Positions 37,673 through 49,475 of a DNA stretch of 64,000 nucleotides are shown piece by piece. Under the pieces are notes generated by a model. It did no database searches. It saw only the letters and a program-made list of their open reading frames with translations, and was not told the DNA's origin. Source of the DNA: Chiloscyllium plagiosum. Lineage: Eukaryota. The stretch spans positions 3,487,907 through 3,551,906 of the forward strand of contig NC_057751.1 of NCBI RefSeq assembly GCF_004010195.1, given 5' to 3'. Each line of letters starts with the position of its first letter. The stretch's first letter is position 1. Both the position numbers and the translations under genes were made by a program.

Positions 37673-38409
37673 CAACCACCTAACAATGGACTCAGTATTC
37701 TAACTGTGCAAGCACATCGGGGCATGGGCATAACTGCAGAAGAGAGGCAGGCAGGCTGAGAAGCTCATCGATGACCGACTGTCTGGAGCTGCCGAAAACC
37801 ACCTGGACCAGACACCCAGTGCTGGACCCGACTCCCAGTGCTGGACCCAGCCTCTGCACCCAGTCACCAAAGGTTAGGAATGTCACAGGAACAAGTACAA
37901 TCAAAAACCACCGCCCTCAGAAAATTGAGCTGGGGTTGTTGCCTAATGTACCCTGTGTACACACAGGTTCCTCCGGCTTTATCTTTAATTGCCGATTGCA
38001 CAACACTGCTGTGTGCTACGTCCTGGGAGCCAAAGCCCTGATGGGAATGAAGAGGACACTCCCATCTGGGCTGTCTCACCAGGTAACCCCAGCACCTCAG
38101 GCTGTTAGGTCTGAAGACCATGACTATGTCTGAATGCTTGTCGAGGGTAAGGAAACAATGGGTGAACAGCAGCAGCCTGATCTGTACACATCTTCACCAG
38201 AGGAGAACAGCACTGAGGGAATTTCCACAAGGTGGCTCAAATTGTGGGGCACTTGTGAGGTTGAGGAGTCCAAGGCCAATGTGGAATTTCATCAGATGGA
38301 AGGTCCGTTCAGAAGGGGGTCCACCGAATGCCTGAGCTGCCTTGACACTACAATCTGTGTCCCGCTCCTTTGAAAGTTTCTCTTTAGAAAGAAAGTTTCT
38401 GATCAACCT

Positions 38410-38506
38410 GTTCCAAGATGTTATTACACACCTCTGGAGCAGGTGAGACTTGAACCCTGCCTCCTAGGTCTGAAGGAGGGGCACTACCACTGCACCACAA
38501 GAGCCC
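38410..38506 (-). mobile_element. Short tRNA-derived SINE
   Basis: Minus strand GGGCTCTTGTGGTGCAGTGGTAGTGCCC (box A) and GGGTTCAAGTC (box B); decayed copies near 21720 and 61585-61675. Confidence 0.65.
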
Positions 38507-38584
38507 TTTTTTCTTTCTCTGTACTTTGTTAAATAATGCTGTATATTTTAACTAAACAGTGAACAAACCATTGATATGACTAAC

Positions 38585-38700
38585 ATTCAGAAGATGGGTC
38601 AGTGGACCGGAAACGTTAACTCTGCTGTCTCTCCACAGATGCTGTCAAACCTGCTGACTTTTTTTTTTGATTTTTGTCATTGACGTGGCATTCCAGCTTT
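38585..38700 (+). mobile_element. PLE-terminus-derived short element with degenerate hammerhead
   Basis: CATTCAGAAGATGGGTCAGTGGACCGGAAACGTTAACTCTGCTGTCTCTCCACAGATGCTG. Confidence 0.65.
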
Positions 38701-39574
38701 GTGTGAAAAGCACAAACATATCTTCTGCAAAGCTATCCCTAAAGCATAAGTGACCAACTTTGATGAATGTCACAGGGTCACTGTCACTCAGCAATGAAGA
38801 ACCAAAGTTGACGTTACAGGCAGTGACTTGACACACTTGACTCGACACACATGTCTGGTGCTAGGGTAGTTTCTAAAACTATTAATGGAAAAAGGAAGTG
38901 AGGTCTTGATGACTTTAAATAGTAAGACAGAAAAATAAAAACTTCAACCGCTTGATGACCACATCACAGGTACCATCACATTATTAACAACTATCAATGG
39001 GACGATAGCAGGACTGACTTTACACAATTTCCTGCAGCACTACTTCATCTTTCCTACTTCTCTGATGCAAAAGCAGTGACCAAATCTGCCACAAATAATG
39101 TACTGTGATAAGTCTTTGCTGTTCCAGACAGCAAGAGGTACTGCAGATGGAATTCCTATTAACATCTCAAGCTACTGCTTTCATTTGTAACAATACAGTA
39201 TGGCAAGTTTCAATAGCTTGCATTTTTCAGAGGGTGTCTGCAAATACAAAAGCGCCTCAGTGTGCTGCCATTTCATTTGTGGTTACTGTATTTGTTATGA
39301 ACTTGTAGCGGGAGCACAGACAAGGGCTTCACTGGAAGATGCAGTACAGTTCCAGGACTGACAGCTTGGTCAGCTGCGCTGGGATCATTTCTCCTAGTGA
39401 GCTAACCCTGGGGGTCACCACCATGGTGGTCATGGTATCTTAGACTCACGGTCACCAAAGGAAGCAGAAGATTCAGAACAGGTTCACTCACCTAATTGGT
39501 GTCTGAAGAGGAAAGATTGAGCACGATGGGCCTAAACCCATGGGAGATTAGAAGAATGACAGGTGACCTTTTCA

Positions 39575-39690
39575 AAGTTTGTGAGAAGATTTGTAGCTCG
39601 GGTGCTCGTTGCTGTGGTTCTGTTCGCCGAGCTGGAAGTTTTTGTTGCAAACGTTTCGTCCCCTGGCTAGGTGACATCCTCAGTGCTTGG
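39575..39690 (-). mobile_element. Short terminal fragment of a Penelope/Poseidon-type PLE with about 10-bp TSD
   Basis: GACCTTTTCA (39565-39574) and GACCTTTTTCA (39691-39701) flank it; homologous to 58730-58820. Confidence 0.8.
39647..39686 (-). ncRNA. Minimal type-I hammerhead ribozyme motif
   Basis: Minus strand GCA-CTGAGGA-T-GTCACCT-AGCC-AGGGGAC-GAAA-C-GTT-TGC: cores intact, stem II with one A.G mismatch, stem I GCA/TGC, GUU triplet. Confidence 0.78.
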
Positions 39691-40639
39691 GACCTTTTTC
39701 ATACATGCAAGATCATGAGAGGTTCTGACAAGGTGGGTGCTGGGCAAAACTAGGATGAAGGGAAATATTTGGAGAATTTTTGCTTTCAGAGAGTTGTCAG
39801 TCTGTGGAACACTTGCCAAAACAGCAGTGGAGACTAGGCCATTGAATCAATTCAAGGTTGACTTCTACAGATTTTCAAAAGTCAACAGAGCCAGAAGAAC
39901 ATAAGAACGAAGAATCAGAGTTGGCCGTCTGGCCACTCGAGCCTGCTCCGCCATGCAATAAGATCATGGCTGATATTTTCATGGACTCAAATCCACTTAC
40001 CCGTCGTCTCATCATAACCCTTAATTCCTTTACTGTTCAAAGTTCTAATTCAAGGGTAATGGGTAGAGGAACAGCATAGTGGCACTCAGACTGTGACCGT
40101 ATTGAATGGCGGTTCTAGCTTAGGGGGCCGAATGGCCTCTCCCTGCTCCCACGTCCGATGAGATTGACATGGAGAGATCTGTGTCCAGTGGTGATGGCAG
40201 CGCCAACTCATAGCAGGATGACATTGCCTGAACAGCCTCTTTTCCAAGGTCATCTGGTGAAAGTGAAACTGATCGACCGTAGAAACATTGTGCAGACCTC
40301 AATCTCATCCCTTTTGGTGATGGTGCTGCTTACAATGGTAACCAACTGCATCTTGGAACAGAATTACACTGAACACTGAGTCCTGGTTATATCAGCATGT
40401 AGTCTCTCATACTGCTTCCAACTTGTCACTCTAAGTTTCAATTTCTCCTCGGTATGACAAGGATGTTCTTGTACAGTATGCAAGCTCCTCTCAGTGATCC
40501 AGAGAGTGCACTCCCACACCGTATACCAGGTCTGCAGAGCACTGTAACTGACACTGAGGGTGAAGAGTTGGCAGAAGGCAGAATCAGGATGAGGGGGGGG
40601 TCACTTCCTTCAGGATGCAGGGGTGGGGAGGGGAGTGTT

Positions 40640-40935
40640 GCAATGGTCCAGTCATTTTATTGCTGTACAGTTAATCCAGAGACTCAATTATGTCCTTGGG
40701 ACCGGGTTCAAACCCTGCCATGGCAGATGGTGGAATTTGACTCCAATACATTTCTGGAACAAAAAGTGTGCAATGTTGACCATGAAATCATCATCAGAAA
40801 AATCTCCCTGGTCCACTTAGGGAAGGAAACTGCCATCCTTACCAGGTCTGGCCTACATGTGATTCCCGATTCACAGCAATGTGGTTAACTCTTAACTGCC
40901 CTTTGGGCAATTAGGGATGGGCAATAAACACCCAC
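40640..40935 (+). mobile_element. tRNA-derived SINE with CR1/L2-superfamily tail
   Basis: Box B GGGTTCAAACCC; body GGAAGGAAACTGCCATCCTTACCAGGTCTGGCCTACATGTG; tail GGGCAATTAGGGATGGGCAATAAA shared with LINE ends at 20720 and 54730. Confidence 0.85.
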
Positions 40936-41877
40936 AGTTAGTGACACCTTTATCCCATGAGTGCATAAAGAAATGTTAGCGCAGGCTGGGCATTTCTTCT
41001 GTCTGCAACAAGTTCCAGTTTCACCATCTCCCAGTCATTTCCTGGGACACCTATACACACTGGTGTGTATTGACTGTAATTGTTGGATAGCACAGCTAAT
41101 GCAGCATTAGAGAAAACAAAAACATGAAGACAGTGTAAAAGTTGGATTTTGTTTCTTGTGTTGCCAAACCATATCATGGTCATCAACATTCATACATGCC
41201 TGCTGACTGAAGTTCAGAAATGAAAAACTCGATTTGAAGAATGGAGCTAAAGCCTTTGGATAACTTAAATGTAATGCTTGATCTCAGTTCAAGTGATATC
41301 TGCTGATTGTTAAATAACCAGAATTTTTTAAAATTAAAAATTCTATCAACTGCCTCCCCACCACCCCTCTGACATTCCCTCCACACATCACCTGTATTTT
41401 GATTAACTGAATACTTTATCTAAGATCAAACTTTCAAAGGAGGAGCTCTATTCTGGCAGGTTGTGTTTGGTGGCCATGATTGGCTCTGCCAGTTGCTGTC
41501 ACAGTAAAGTTGAGGTACTGTCCAGTTGATGTTTTGACATTTTGAGGGACACTGTCAGACTGAGTTGCTCCTGGGTGCCCAGGTCATCCCTCCTCGGGCC
41601 TGGGTCTAGGGGAAGGCAGTGGAAATGTTGCTGAGCTGGCTCCCAAGTGAGCCAGTGTGCAGAGTGCTGAGCCCAAGGGGGCAACTTCCTGCATACTATC
41701 TACTCCTCACTGCCACATTGAAACTAAAAGGGTTGGTGACTGCTGGTTTATTTTGTAGACTCCACCATTTGCAAATGCAACTGGAGTGAATGCAATTCAG
41801 GCAAACCAATACTTGTCAGTCTGAGTTTTTGACGTTATACTACCAAAGGAGACTTTAACCTTGCTAATTCAAGATAA

Positions 41878-41979
41878 TTCAAGCCCTTCCTGAAGAAGGG
41901 CTTATGCCCGAAACGTCGATTCTCCTGTTCCTCGGATGCTGCCTGACCTGCTGCACTTTTCCAGCAACACATTTTCAGC
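41878..41979 (+). mobile_element. Short PLE terminal insertion with 15-bp TSD and hammerhead motif (41888-41919)
   Basis: GCTAATTCAAGATAA at 41863-41877 and 41980-41994; CTGAAGA-A-GGGC-TTAT-GCCC-GAAA-C-GTC. Confidence 0.9.
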
Positions 41980-42039
41980 GCTAATTCAAGATAAGCTTGT
42001 GCCTGAAAAGGTGTCTGAAATGTTTCTAGTCTATCAAAA

Positions 42040-42190
42040 TATAAGAATCAGGAACAGGAGGAGGCCATTGGGCCCCTCCAGCTTGCTGCACCATTCAATA
42101 CCATCATGACTGATCCAACATTCTCCACATCCACTATCCGGTTGATTTCTGTAACCCTTGATTCATCTCCTCATCAACAATGTATCTCCA
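42040..42190 (-). mobile_element. CR1 3' tail fragment
   Basis: ATAAGAATCAGGAACAGGAGGAGGCCATT...CCATTCAATACCATCATGACTGATC. Confidence 0.7.
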
Positions 42191-42870
42191 GCCTGCCCAT
42201 TTGACAATATTCAGTACGTTCCAACATTACAACAGCAACCACCCTTCACAAAGTACTTAACTGACTCTAAAACGCCCAGAGAAGGTCCTTGGGGTCAGAG
42301 AGGCATTATATAAATACAATTTTCCCTTCTTTAATATTAATTCAATATTACCACTGTATAATGGTGGAGCCCTATCTTTCCGAACCGGGCTGGTGCTGCT
42401 GTGCTTAAAGCAATACTCATGAAAATTAATGCAAATTTTGTCAGCTAATCTTTGATCAAAGGAACAACTACAGTAGAACCAATGAGAAATCAATAAAAAC
42501 TGACAGAAATAGAACGAGAATAATTTTTCACGAAGCACTGTTCCATTACACAGAAGCATCGAACAGTCTGTGGTTAAAAACTCAGTGACCAACTTGTCCT
42601 GCGGAGTTACGTATTTCCTTGATCATTGAACATTATTAGTAACAAAAGATTTCCTCATTTAGAACTCGGTCATCTCTCTTATTTAAAATAAAAATCATTC
42701 TGATAAAAAAGAAATGTATGCGACAATGTTTGAGTTTAAATGAGTTTTATGAATGTTTAGTATTTGGGGTATGTTCCAGTAAATTGGTGCAGCTGAAACA
42801 GAAAACAGAAAATGTCCTGCCTTCTTCCATGAAGCTTTGAAATTGGATGGAAGCACATCAGGCAGAGGGG

Positions 42871-42952
42871 GTGTGTGTCTCTGTGTGTGCGTGTGTGTGC
42901 GTCTCTGTGTGTGTGTGTCGCTGTGTGTGTGTGTCTCTGTGCGTGTGTGGGT
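42871..42952. repeat. Imperfect (TG)n microsatellite
   Basis: GTGTGTGTCTCTGTGTGTGCGTGTG... Confidence 0.9.
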
Positions 42953-44299
42953 GCAGCAGCAGGATCGACACAGTGCTAGTGGTTCCTCAGAAACTTTACA
43001 CGTTCTGCTGCCCATTGTGCCATGACCTATTCCTCCCACCTCCCCCAAACACAGAGCCCACAGAACAACAGGAACACTGCTCTCCCAACATCTGACAAAC
43101 CACTTCAATGCTACTCTGAAGGCTGTGTTGGTAATCACACTTTCTCTTTGGGTAAAGTCATGTTGTGAGTCATCTCAGTGTGTTGTTTAGTGAGCAGTAC
43201 AGTGAGGGAGAGTACCGTGTCATTGCCCACACAGTCAGTGACTGATCTCAGTCATGTCACTGCTCAGCTGCTGCCTCACAGGGTCAGACAGGGTTAAAAG
43301 CAGAATACTGGGGTCGGGAGGGTCGCCTCTCCGAGGCTGAGAACAGCAGGCATTGTGAAGGGGCAGGAGGCAGAAATAAGGGTGATGGGGGGTCTGGCAG
43401 CACCCAAATGGGCAAAGACAAAATGCTAACATGCTAACACAAGGGGCCGAGTGGTCTCATTGTGCATGTTAATGACTCATGGATTGTGCACCCACACTCG
43501 GCACTGACAATGGCTGGGCTGGAAGCCTGACAGCAGAAGAGCCTGGTGAGACCGTGTCCCCAACCAGGAACAGCCCATCCCCTCAATTATCCTCCTCACA
43601 ACCCATCCACACAAAACCCCACCCAAACAGATCCTACCCCTTCAATCCCCGCCCATCTCCCAGAAATGAGTGTGAATAAATATCTGGGCAGATGGATACA
43701 ACAGCACGACAGAATAATAATTTCAAATACTGATCCACTCTTCCTCTACAGGGACTCCACCATTAACTGAGACAGCCCCTGCTCAGAGAAACTGAAGTGT
43801 ACAGGAGTCCCCTTGCCTCTGATCCTCCTAAATCAGTTTTCATGTTCCATGAGCATTTGTAAAATTATATGGGCTAATTCAAATGTGAAATCTCGGGACA
43901 AGCCATTAATTATATGAACTCGTGAGATGATATTTAATGATGTCAAATATTTTCCTCAAGTTATATCCTCTTACCAGTTCATGTCCTGGCAACATGGTGT
44001 GATTTTGTGAAATTTTGAACAGCAGCAAGGCATCACATTATTTGCCAGAGGAGAATTCAAATCCTATTCTGGATTGACACTTTCATTTCTGTTCCTCAGT
44101 GAACTAGCTTCAGTGGTATTGAGTGGAAACCAGAAATGAATGTGCCCTCTCAATCAAGAAAAGAATATCTTTGACACCAACATTGCATTACCTCTTGGGT
44201 CTAGGACAAAACTGAAGGAGAGTTCGAACAAAATTTACTGGGATAACAACCACTTGGATTTTCCCAGCAACTTTAATATGAGAAAATATCCCAAGGTAT

Positions 44300-46525
44300 A
44301 ACAAGCAAAACACAAGGCAGTAGGAGTACACTTAAGAAGGAAATCAGGAGGGCAAAAAAGGGATATGAGATAGCTTTAGCAAATAGGGTTAAGAAAAATC
44401 CAAAGGGATTTTATAAAACATTAAGGACAATAGGGTAACCAAGGAGAGAATAGGGCCCCTCAAAAATCAGCAAGGCAGCCTTTCTGTGGAACTGCAGGAG
44501 ATGGGACAGATACTAAATGAATATTTTGCATCAATATTTACGATGGAAAAGACATGGAAGATATAGAATGTGGGGAAATAGATGGTGACATCTTGAAAAA
44601 TGTCCATATTACAGAGGAGGTGGTGCGAGGTGTCTTAAAACGCATAAAGGTGGATAAATTCCAAGGACTTGATCAGTTGTACCATAGAACTTTGTTGGAA
44701 GCTAGGAAGGTGATTGTTGGACCTCTTGCTGAGATATTTGGATCATCGATTGTTACAGGTAAGGTGCTGGAAGACTGGAGGTTGGCTAACGTGGTATCAC
44801 TATTTAAGAAAGGCGGTAAGGTCAAGCCAGGGAACTGCAGACCGGTGAGTCTGACATTGGTGATGGACAAGTTATTGGAGGGAATCCTGAGGGACAGGAT
44901 TTACATGTATTTGGAAAGGCAAGGACTGATTAGGGATAGTAAACGTGGCTTTGTGCATGGGAAATCATGTCTCACAAACTTGATTGAGTTTTTTGAAGAA
45001 GTGATGAAGAGGATTGATGAGGACAGGACATAATCTATGTGGACACCCAGTAAGGCGTTTGACAAGGTTCCTCATGGTAGACTGGTTAGCAAGGTTGGAT
45101 CACATGGAATACAGGAGAACTAGCCATTTGGATACAGAACTGGCTCGAAAATAGAAGACAGGATGGTGGTAGAGGGTGTTTTCCAGAGACTGGAGGCCTG
45201 TGACCAGCAGTGTGCCACAAGGATCAGTGCTGGGTCCACTGCTTTTCGTCATTTATATAAATTATATGGATGTGAACATAGGAGGTATAGTTAGTAAGTT
45301 TGCAGATGACACCAAAGTTGGAGATGTAGTGGACAGCGAAGAAGGTTACCTCAGATTACAACGGGATCTTGATCAGATGGACCGAATGGGCTGAGGAGTG
45401 GCAGATGGAGTTTAATTCAGATAAATGCGAAGTGCTGCATTTTGGGAAAGTAAATCTTAGCGGGGCTTAGACACTTAATGGTAAGGTCCCAGGGAGTGTT
45501 GCTGAACAAAGAGACCTTGGAGTGCAGATGGAGTTTACTTTAGATAAATGTGTAGTGGTGCATTTTGGAAAAGCAAATCAGGGCAGGACTTACATATTTA
45601 ATTTTAAAGTCCTGGGAAGTGCTGCTGAACAAAGAGATCTTGGAGTGCAGGTTCATAGTTGCTTGAAAGTGGAGTTCACAGGTATTAGGATAGTGAAGAT
45701 GGTGTTTGGTTTACTTTTCTTTATTGGTCAGAACATTGAGTACAGGAGTTGAGAGCTGAAAATGTGTTGCTGGAAAAGCGCAGCAGGTCATGCAGCATCC
45801 AAGGAGCTCAGGAAGAAGGGCTCATGCCCGAAACGCCGATTCTCCTGCTCCTTGGATGCTGCCTGACCTGCTGCGCTTTTCCAGCAACACATTTTCAGCT
45901 CTGATCTCCAGCATCTGCAGTCCTCACTTTCTCCTACAGGAGTTGAGAGGTCATGTTGAGGCTGAACAGGACATTGATTAAGCCATTTTTAGAATATTGT
46001 GTGCAATTCTGGTTTCCCTCCTATCGGAAGGATGTTGTGAAACCTGAAAGGGTTCAGAAAAGATTTACAAGGATGTTGCTGGGGTTGGAAGATTTGAGCT
46101 ATAGAGGGACACTCAGTAGGCTGTGGCTGCTTTCCTTGGAGCGTCGGAGGCTGAGGGGTGACCTTATAGAGGTTTATAAAATCATGAGGGGCATGGATAA
46201 GGTAAATAGACAAAGTTTTTTCCCTGGGGTGGAGAGTCCACAATTGGAGGCCATAGTTTTGCGGTGAGAGGGGAAAAACTTAAAAGGGACCTGAGGGGCA
46301 ACTTTTTCATGCAGAAAGTGGTACGTGTATGGAATGAGCTGCTCGAGGAAATGGTGAAGGTAATATTGAAAAGGCATCTGGATTGGTATATGAATGGGAA
46401 GGGGTTAAAGGGATATGGGCCAAATGCTGGCAAATGGGACTAGATTACTTTAGGATATCCGGTTGGTATGGACGAGTTGGACCAAAGGGTCTGTTTCCAT
46501 GCTGTATATCTCTCTGACTCTGTGA
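44300..46525 (+). mobile_element. CR1 LINE ORF2 (RT) to 3' end, about 2.2 kb, pseudogenised, with internal duplication and PLE insertion
   Basis: DWRLANVVSLFKKG, PGNCRPVSLT, GKSCLTNLIEFFE, VPQGSVLGPLLFVIYIN, KFADDTK. Confidence 0.95.
45756..45934 (+). mobile_element. Fold-back PLE terminal insertion with 15-bp TSD
   Basis: TACAGGAGTTGAGAG at 45741-45755 and 45935-45949; about 55-bp inverted arms at 45752-45807 and 45847-45902. Confidence 0.9.
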
Positions 46526-47891
46526 CTTATCAAACAAAATTTGACTGTAAGCCACATGAGGGGATGTTAGCTGGACAAATGACCAAAGGTTTGGTGAGAA
46601 AGATATCAAAAGCATTTTTCAAGGAGGAGGAAAAAGGTGGAAAGGTTTAGAGAGGGACTTGCAGAACTTCGACAATCGGCAGGTGAATGTACAGAGGAGC
46701 AATTGAAATTTGGGATGTTCCAGAGATCAAAAATGGAGGCCTTCAGAAATTTTGAGGTTACGTAATTCAGGGGAGTGAAACCATGAATGGATTTGAAAAC
46801 AAGGATCCAAATTTTCAAATCAAACCTTACGGCTGTGTGCTTTGATCTTGTTGTAAGAATGCAAGAAATAAGGACAGCAGTCAGCCATTCAGCCCCCAAA
46901 CCTGCCTTGCCATTCAAGAAGATTCTGGCTGATCTGACCTGTGCCTCAACGTCTTTTCCATGCCAATTCAGTAAAGCCGTCAACTCCCTGATACTTCAAA
47001 CATCTATTGACGACTTCTGAACATTTTCTTATGGCACAATAAAAGTCAAAGGGTAAGAAGACTTGCTGTTATTCAACATATTCTCCCCTCTCAAAGAAAC
47101 CTGCCAGGTCAATAAATTTCTTTAAGAGCAGTGAACATTATTGGCAACTGGGAGACCCAATGCATGCACAGTAAAGGTGTCAGAATGAGTTGAATGATTC
47201 TGAGACAGAAGAATGTCGGCCTGAACACACTCATAGATGGCTTTGCCTTGTCTTGGGCTGGCAGGATATTTCTTTCAAATTAAAGGCAGTGAAGATGTTC
47301 ATCACTGTGAATGTAGCTGTTGTCACACATTAAAGATGTGATGAAAGAGCAGCTGATCTGTTTGTTGTGGTGTTGGCTCAGGGAGGAACAACAAAGAAGG
47401 ACAACTTAATGCTCTTATTCAGAAATGCCAGAACAGAGCGACTTGGCTTCAGGTTGATATGTGATCTGGATTCATCAGACCTTGTGTTAAATCAACCCAA
47501 CTGAGCACAATTAAAGTCTCCATTTGCAGTACTGGGCGAGAAGTGAGTCAGGAGAAGGAGGACTGTCTCCTTCACACATGGACAAAACAGGGAAACAGGA
47601 GGCGCCTATGGTGAATTTAAAGCGTACTTTGTCACTGGATCTGTCATGATGGTTCACCATGCAGTTAGTTTTCAGCAATAAATGATTATACAAAATCTGC
47701 TGGACACTCAGTGACTTTGCTAGTTACAGTGTTAGATGGACATACAAGTTAAATTTCAGATGGCCAACTTATTCTGTTCTGATTTCTGTGGGAGTCAGGT
47801 TTGTCCCAGTCACTGACTCAGCAGTTGAGAACAGGTAACACTTTTCCACAAACATCACACCATCAATGCCCACATTCCCAATCACTGCCCC

Positions 47892-48441
47892 TTTGACAAA
47901 GTTATGTTGTCCTTGGTTTCTTTCAAGAGGATCATAAAGGCAGATGTGCTGATTTGTCTGGAAATGGTTACTTTGAACAATGGGAGGGGACTGGCCAGTT
48001 TTCTAGTTTGGTTTGTTTTTAGCAGGGAGTCAAAAAAAAACTGCTGGGGACCTAGAGAAGCAGCTACAGTGAAAACAGGTTCCATGATTTATCAGATGTT
48101 TCTTGCCTGAACTGTCTCTTTGAAATCTCTCCTGCCTGTAAGAACCTGTGTCTGAATTTACCTTTTGCCAAGGGGTGTGTTTATGGGATGCTGCAGGGGT
48201 TGGAACAGCTTTGTTAAGTTACAATGGAGTAAATTAGGGTATCGAATAAGTTAAGCTATTCTAAATTGTATTTTCTTTTGTTCGTGTTTCAACCGTAGTA
48301 TGTAAATAAATCCTGTTTTGCTTGAAGCTGAGTGGTGGTTTGACCAGCTGCATCACTCCTCAAATATCTCCTTCAAAAAGAAAGTTAGGGTCTGGGCTAC
48401 CTTCTTAAAATGTTTTGAGGGGTCTGGCCTGATCCATAACA
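47892..48441 (+). mobile_element. Probable solo LTR related to 30351-30994
   Basis: Ends GGTCTGGCCTGATCCATAACA, matching the reverse complement of the 30351 terminus; AATAAA near 48306; 5' boundary uncertain and no TSD found. Confidence 0.7.
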
Positions 48442-49339
48442 CTGTCAACACTAGAAGAGTTTGCTGAAGGTACAATCACTGACTGTGCCAGCATGAAGAA
48501 GATGCATTTCTCTGCTGGCCTAGGATGGTACAGGCCTTAAGGCAGAGATTGTGTGCTTTCTGAGGGTGTAAGATTGTGGGGAGTGGTGTTGGATACAGAG
48601 AAAAAGTTAGTTGGTTGGGGAAAAGAAAAAGAACTCTCAAGTGGCACTGAACTGTCAGTGAAACTTCTGTATAATTTGAGGACGGATGTATATTTTCTCA
48701 TCATGTCCTAAGATTAATGCATGCTGGCGTTTGGTCAATGTGATGTTTTAAAGGTCATCAAATGAATAATTTGGAGAAATTAAATGGTCACTTCCTTTCC
48801 TTTCTTTATTTAATGTTGATTACACACATGCTTTACTACCCCACACCCCTCCCCCCCACCACCTCCAAGCTGTGGTATAGCACATCGCAGACTTCCTTTA
48901 TTTCTGAACTTAAAACTTCCTTCCTTGTAATAAGGCACGCTTTCATGATGAGTGCAGTTTGAAGCAGGAAGTTGGCTCACTTCGGGTTTTGCAGATACAC
49001 TATTAGATGTTTGGTTGGACACTCGGCCATTAATCACTTTCACTGATGTGTGGTCCTCCACAGGACGAGTTAGCTGAAGTGTTTTCTATTAGGGTCTCAC
49101 TGCCAGTTCCTAACCTCTGCTGCTTTGTAGCTTTGATGCATCCTCACAGGAATCCATATGGCTGGTCGCCACTAATCAAGCCACCAGTTTCAGACCTTCT
49201 GCTAAATCCATAACAGACTGAAAACTACAAATGTTCCTTCATCTATGAGGAAATTATATGCAGTGCAGGCTTAGACCAACATGTGGCATGTGGAACCCTG
49301 CTGGCAACATCTTCCGCCTCAGCTGTTTTCTTTCTTAAG

Positions 49340-49475
49340 NNNNNNNNNNNNNNNNNNNNNNNNNNNNNNNNNNNNNNNNNNNNNNNNNNNNNNNNNNNNN
49401 NNNNNNNNNNNNNNNNNNNNNNNNNNNNNNNNNNNNNNNNNNNNNNNNNNNNNNNNNNNNNNNNNNNNNNNNNNN
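49340..49475. other. Assembly gap (N run)
   Basis: Run of N. Confidence 1.

Larger units (their letters stand above)
39460..40160 (+). mobile_element. Old CR1 3' fragment hosting two younger insertions (PLE terminus 39575-39690; inverted CR1 tail about 39895-40040)
   Basis: AGAAGAATGACAGGTGACCT...CAAGATCATGAGAGG continues across the insert; tail GGGGCCGAATGGCCTCTCCCTGCTCC. Confidence 0.7.

Noticed and set aside
38410-38506. Possible tRNA gene
   Set aside because: Box A and B are present but there is no convincing cloverleaf, and decayed copies share the same tail, so it is a SINE
42969-42995. RSS-like CACAGTG plus TCAGAAACT
   Set aside because: 11-bp spacer, weak nonamer and no adjacent V, D or J segment
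48931-48940. TAAGGCACGC (miR-124 5' match); also TGAGGTAG at 16143 and TAGCTTATCA at 26991
   Set aside because: Only 8-10 nt matches; the rest of the mature sequences and the hairpins are absent
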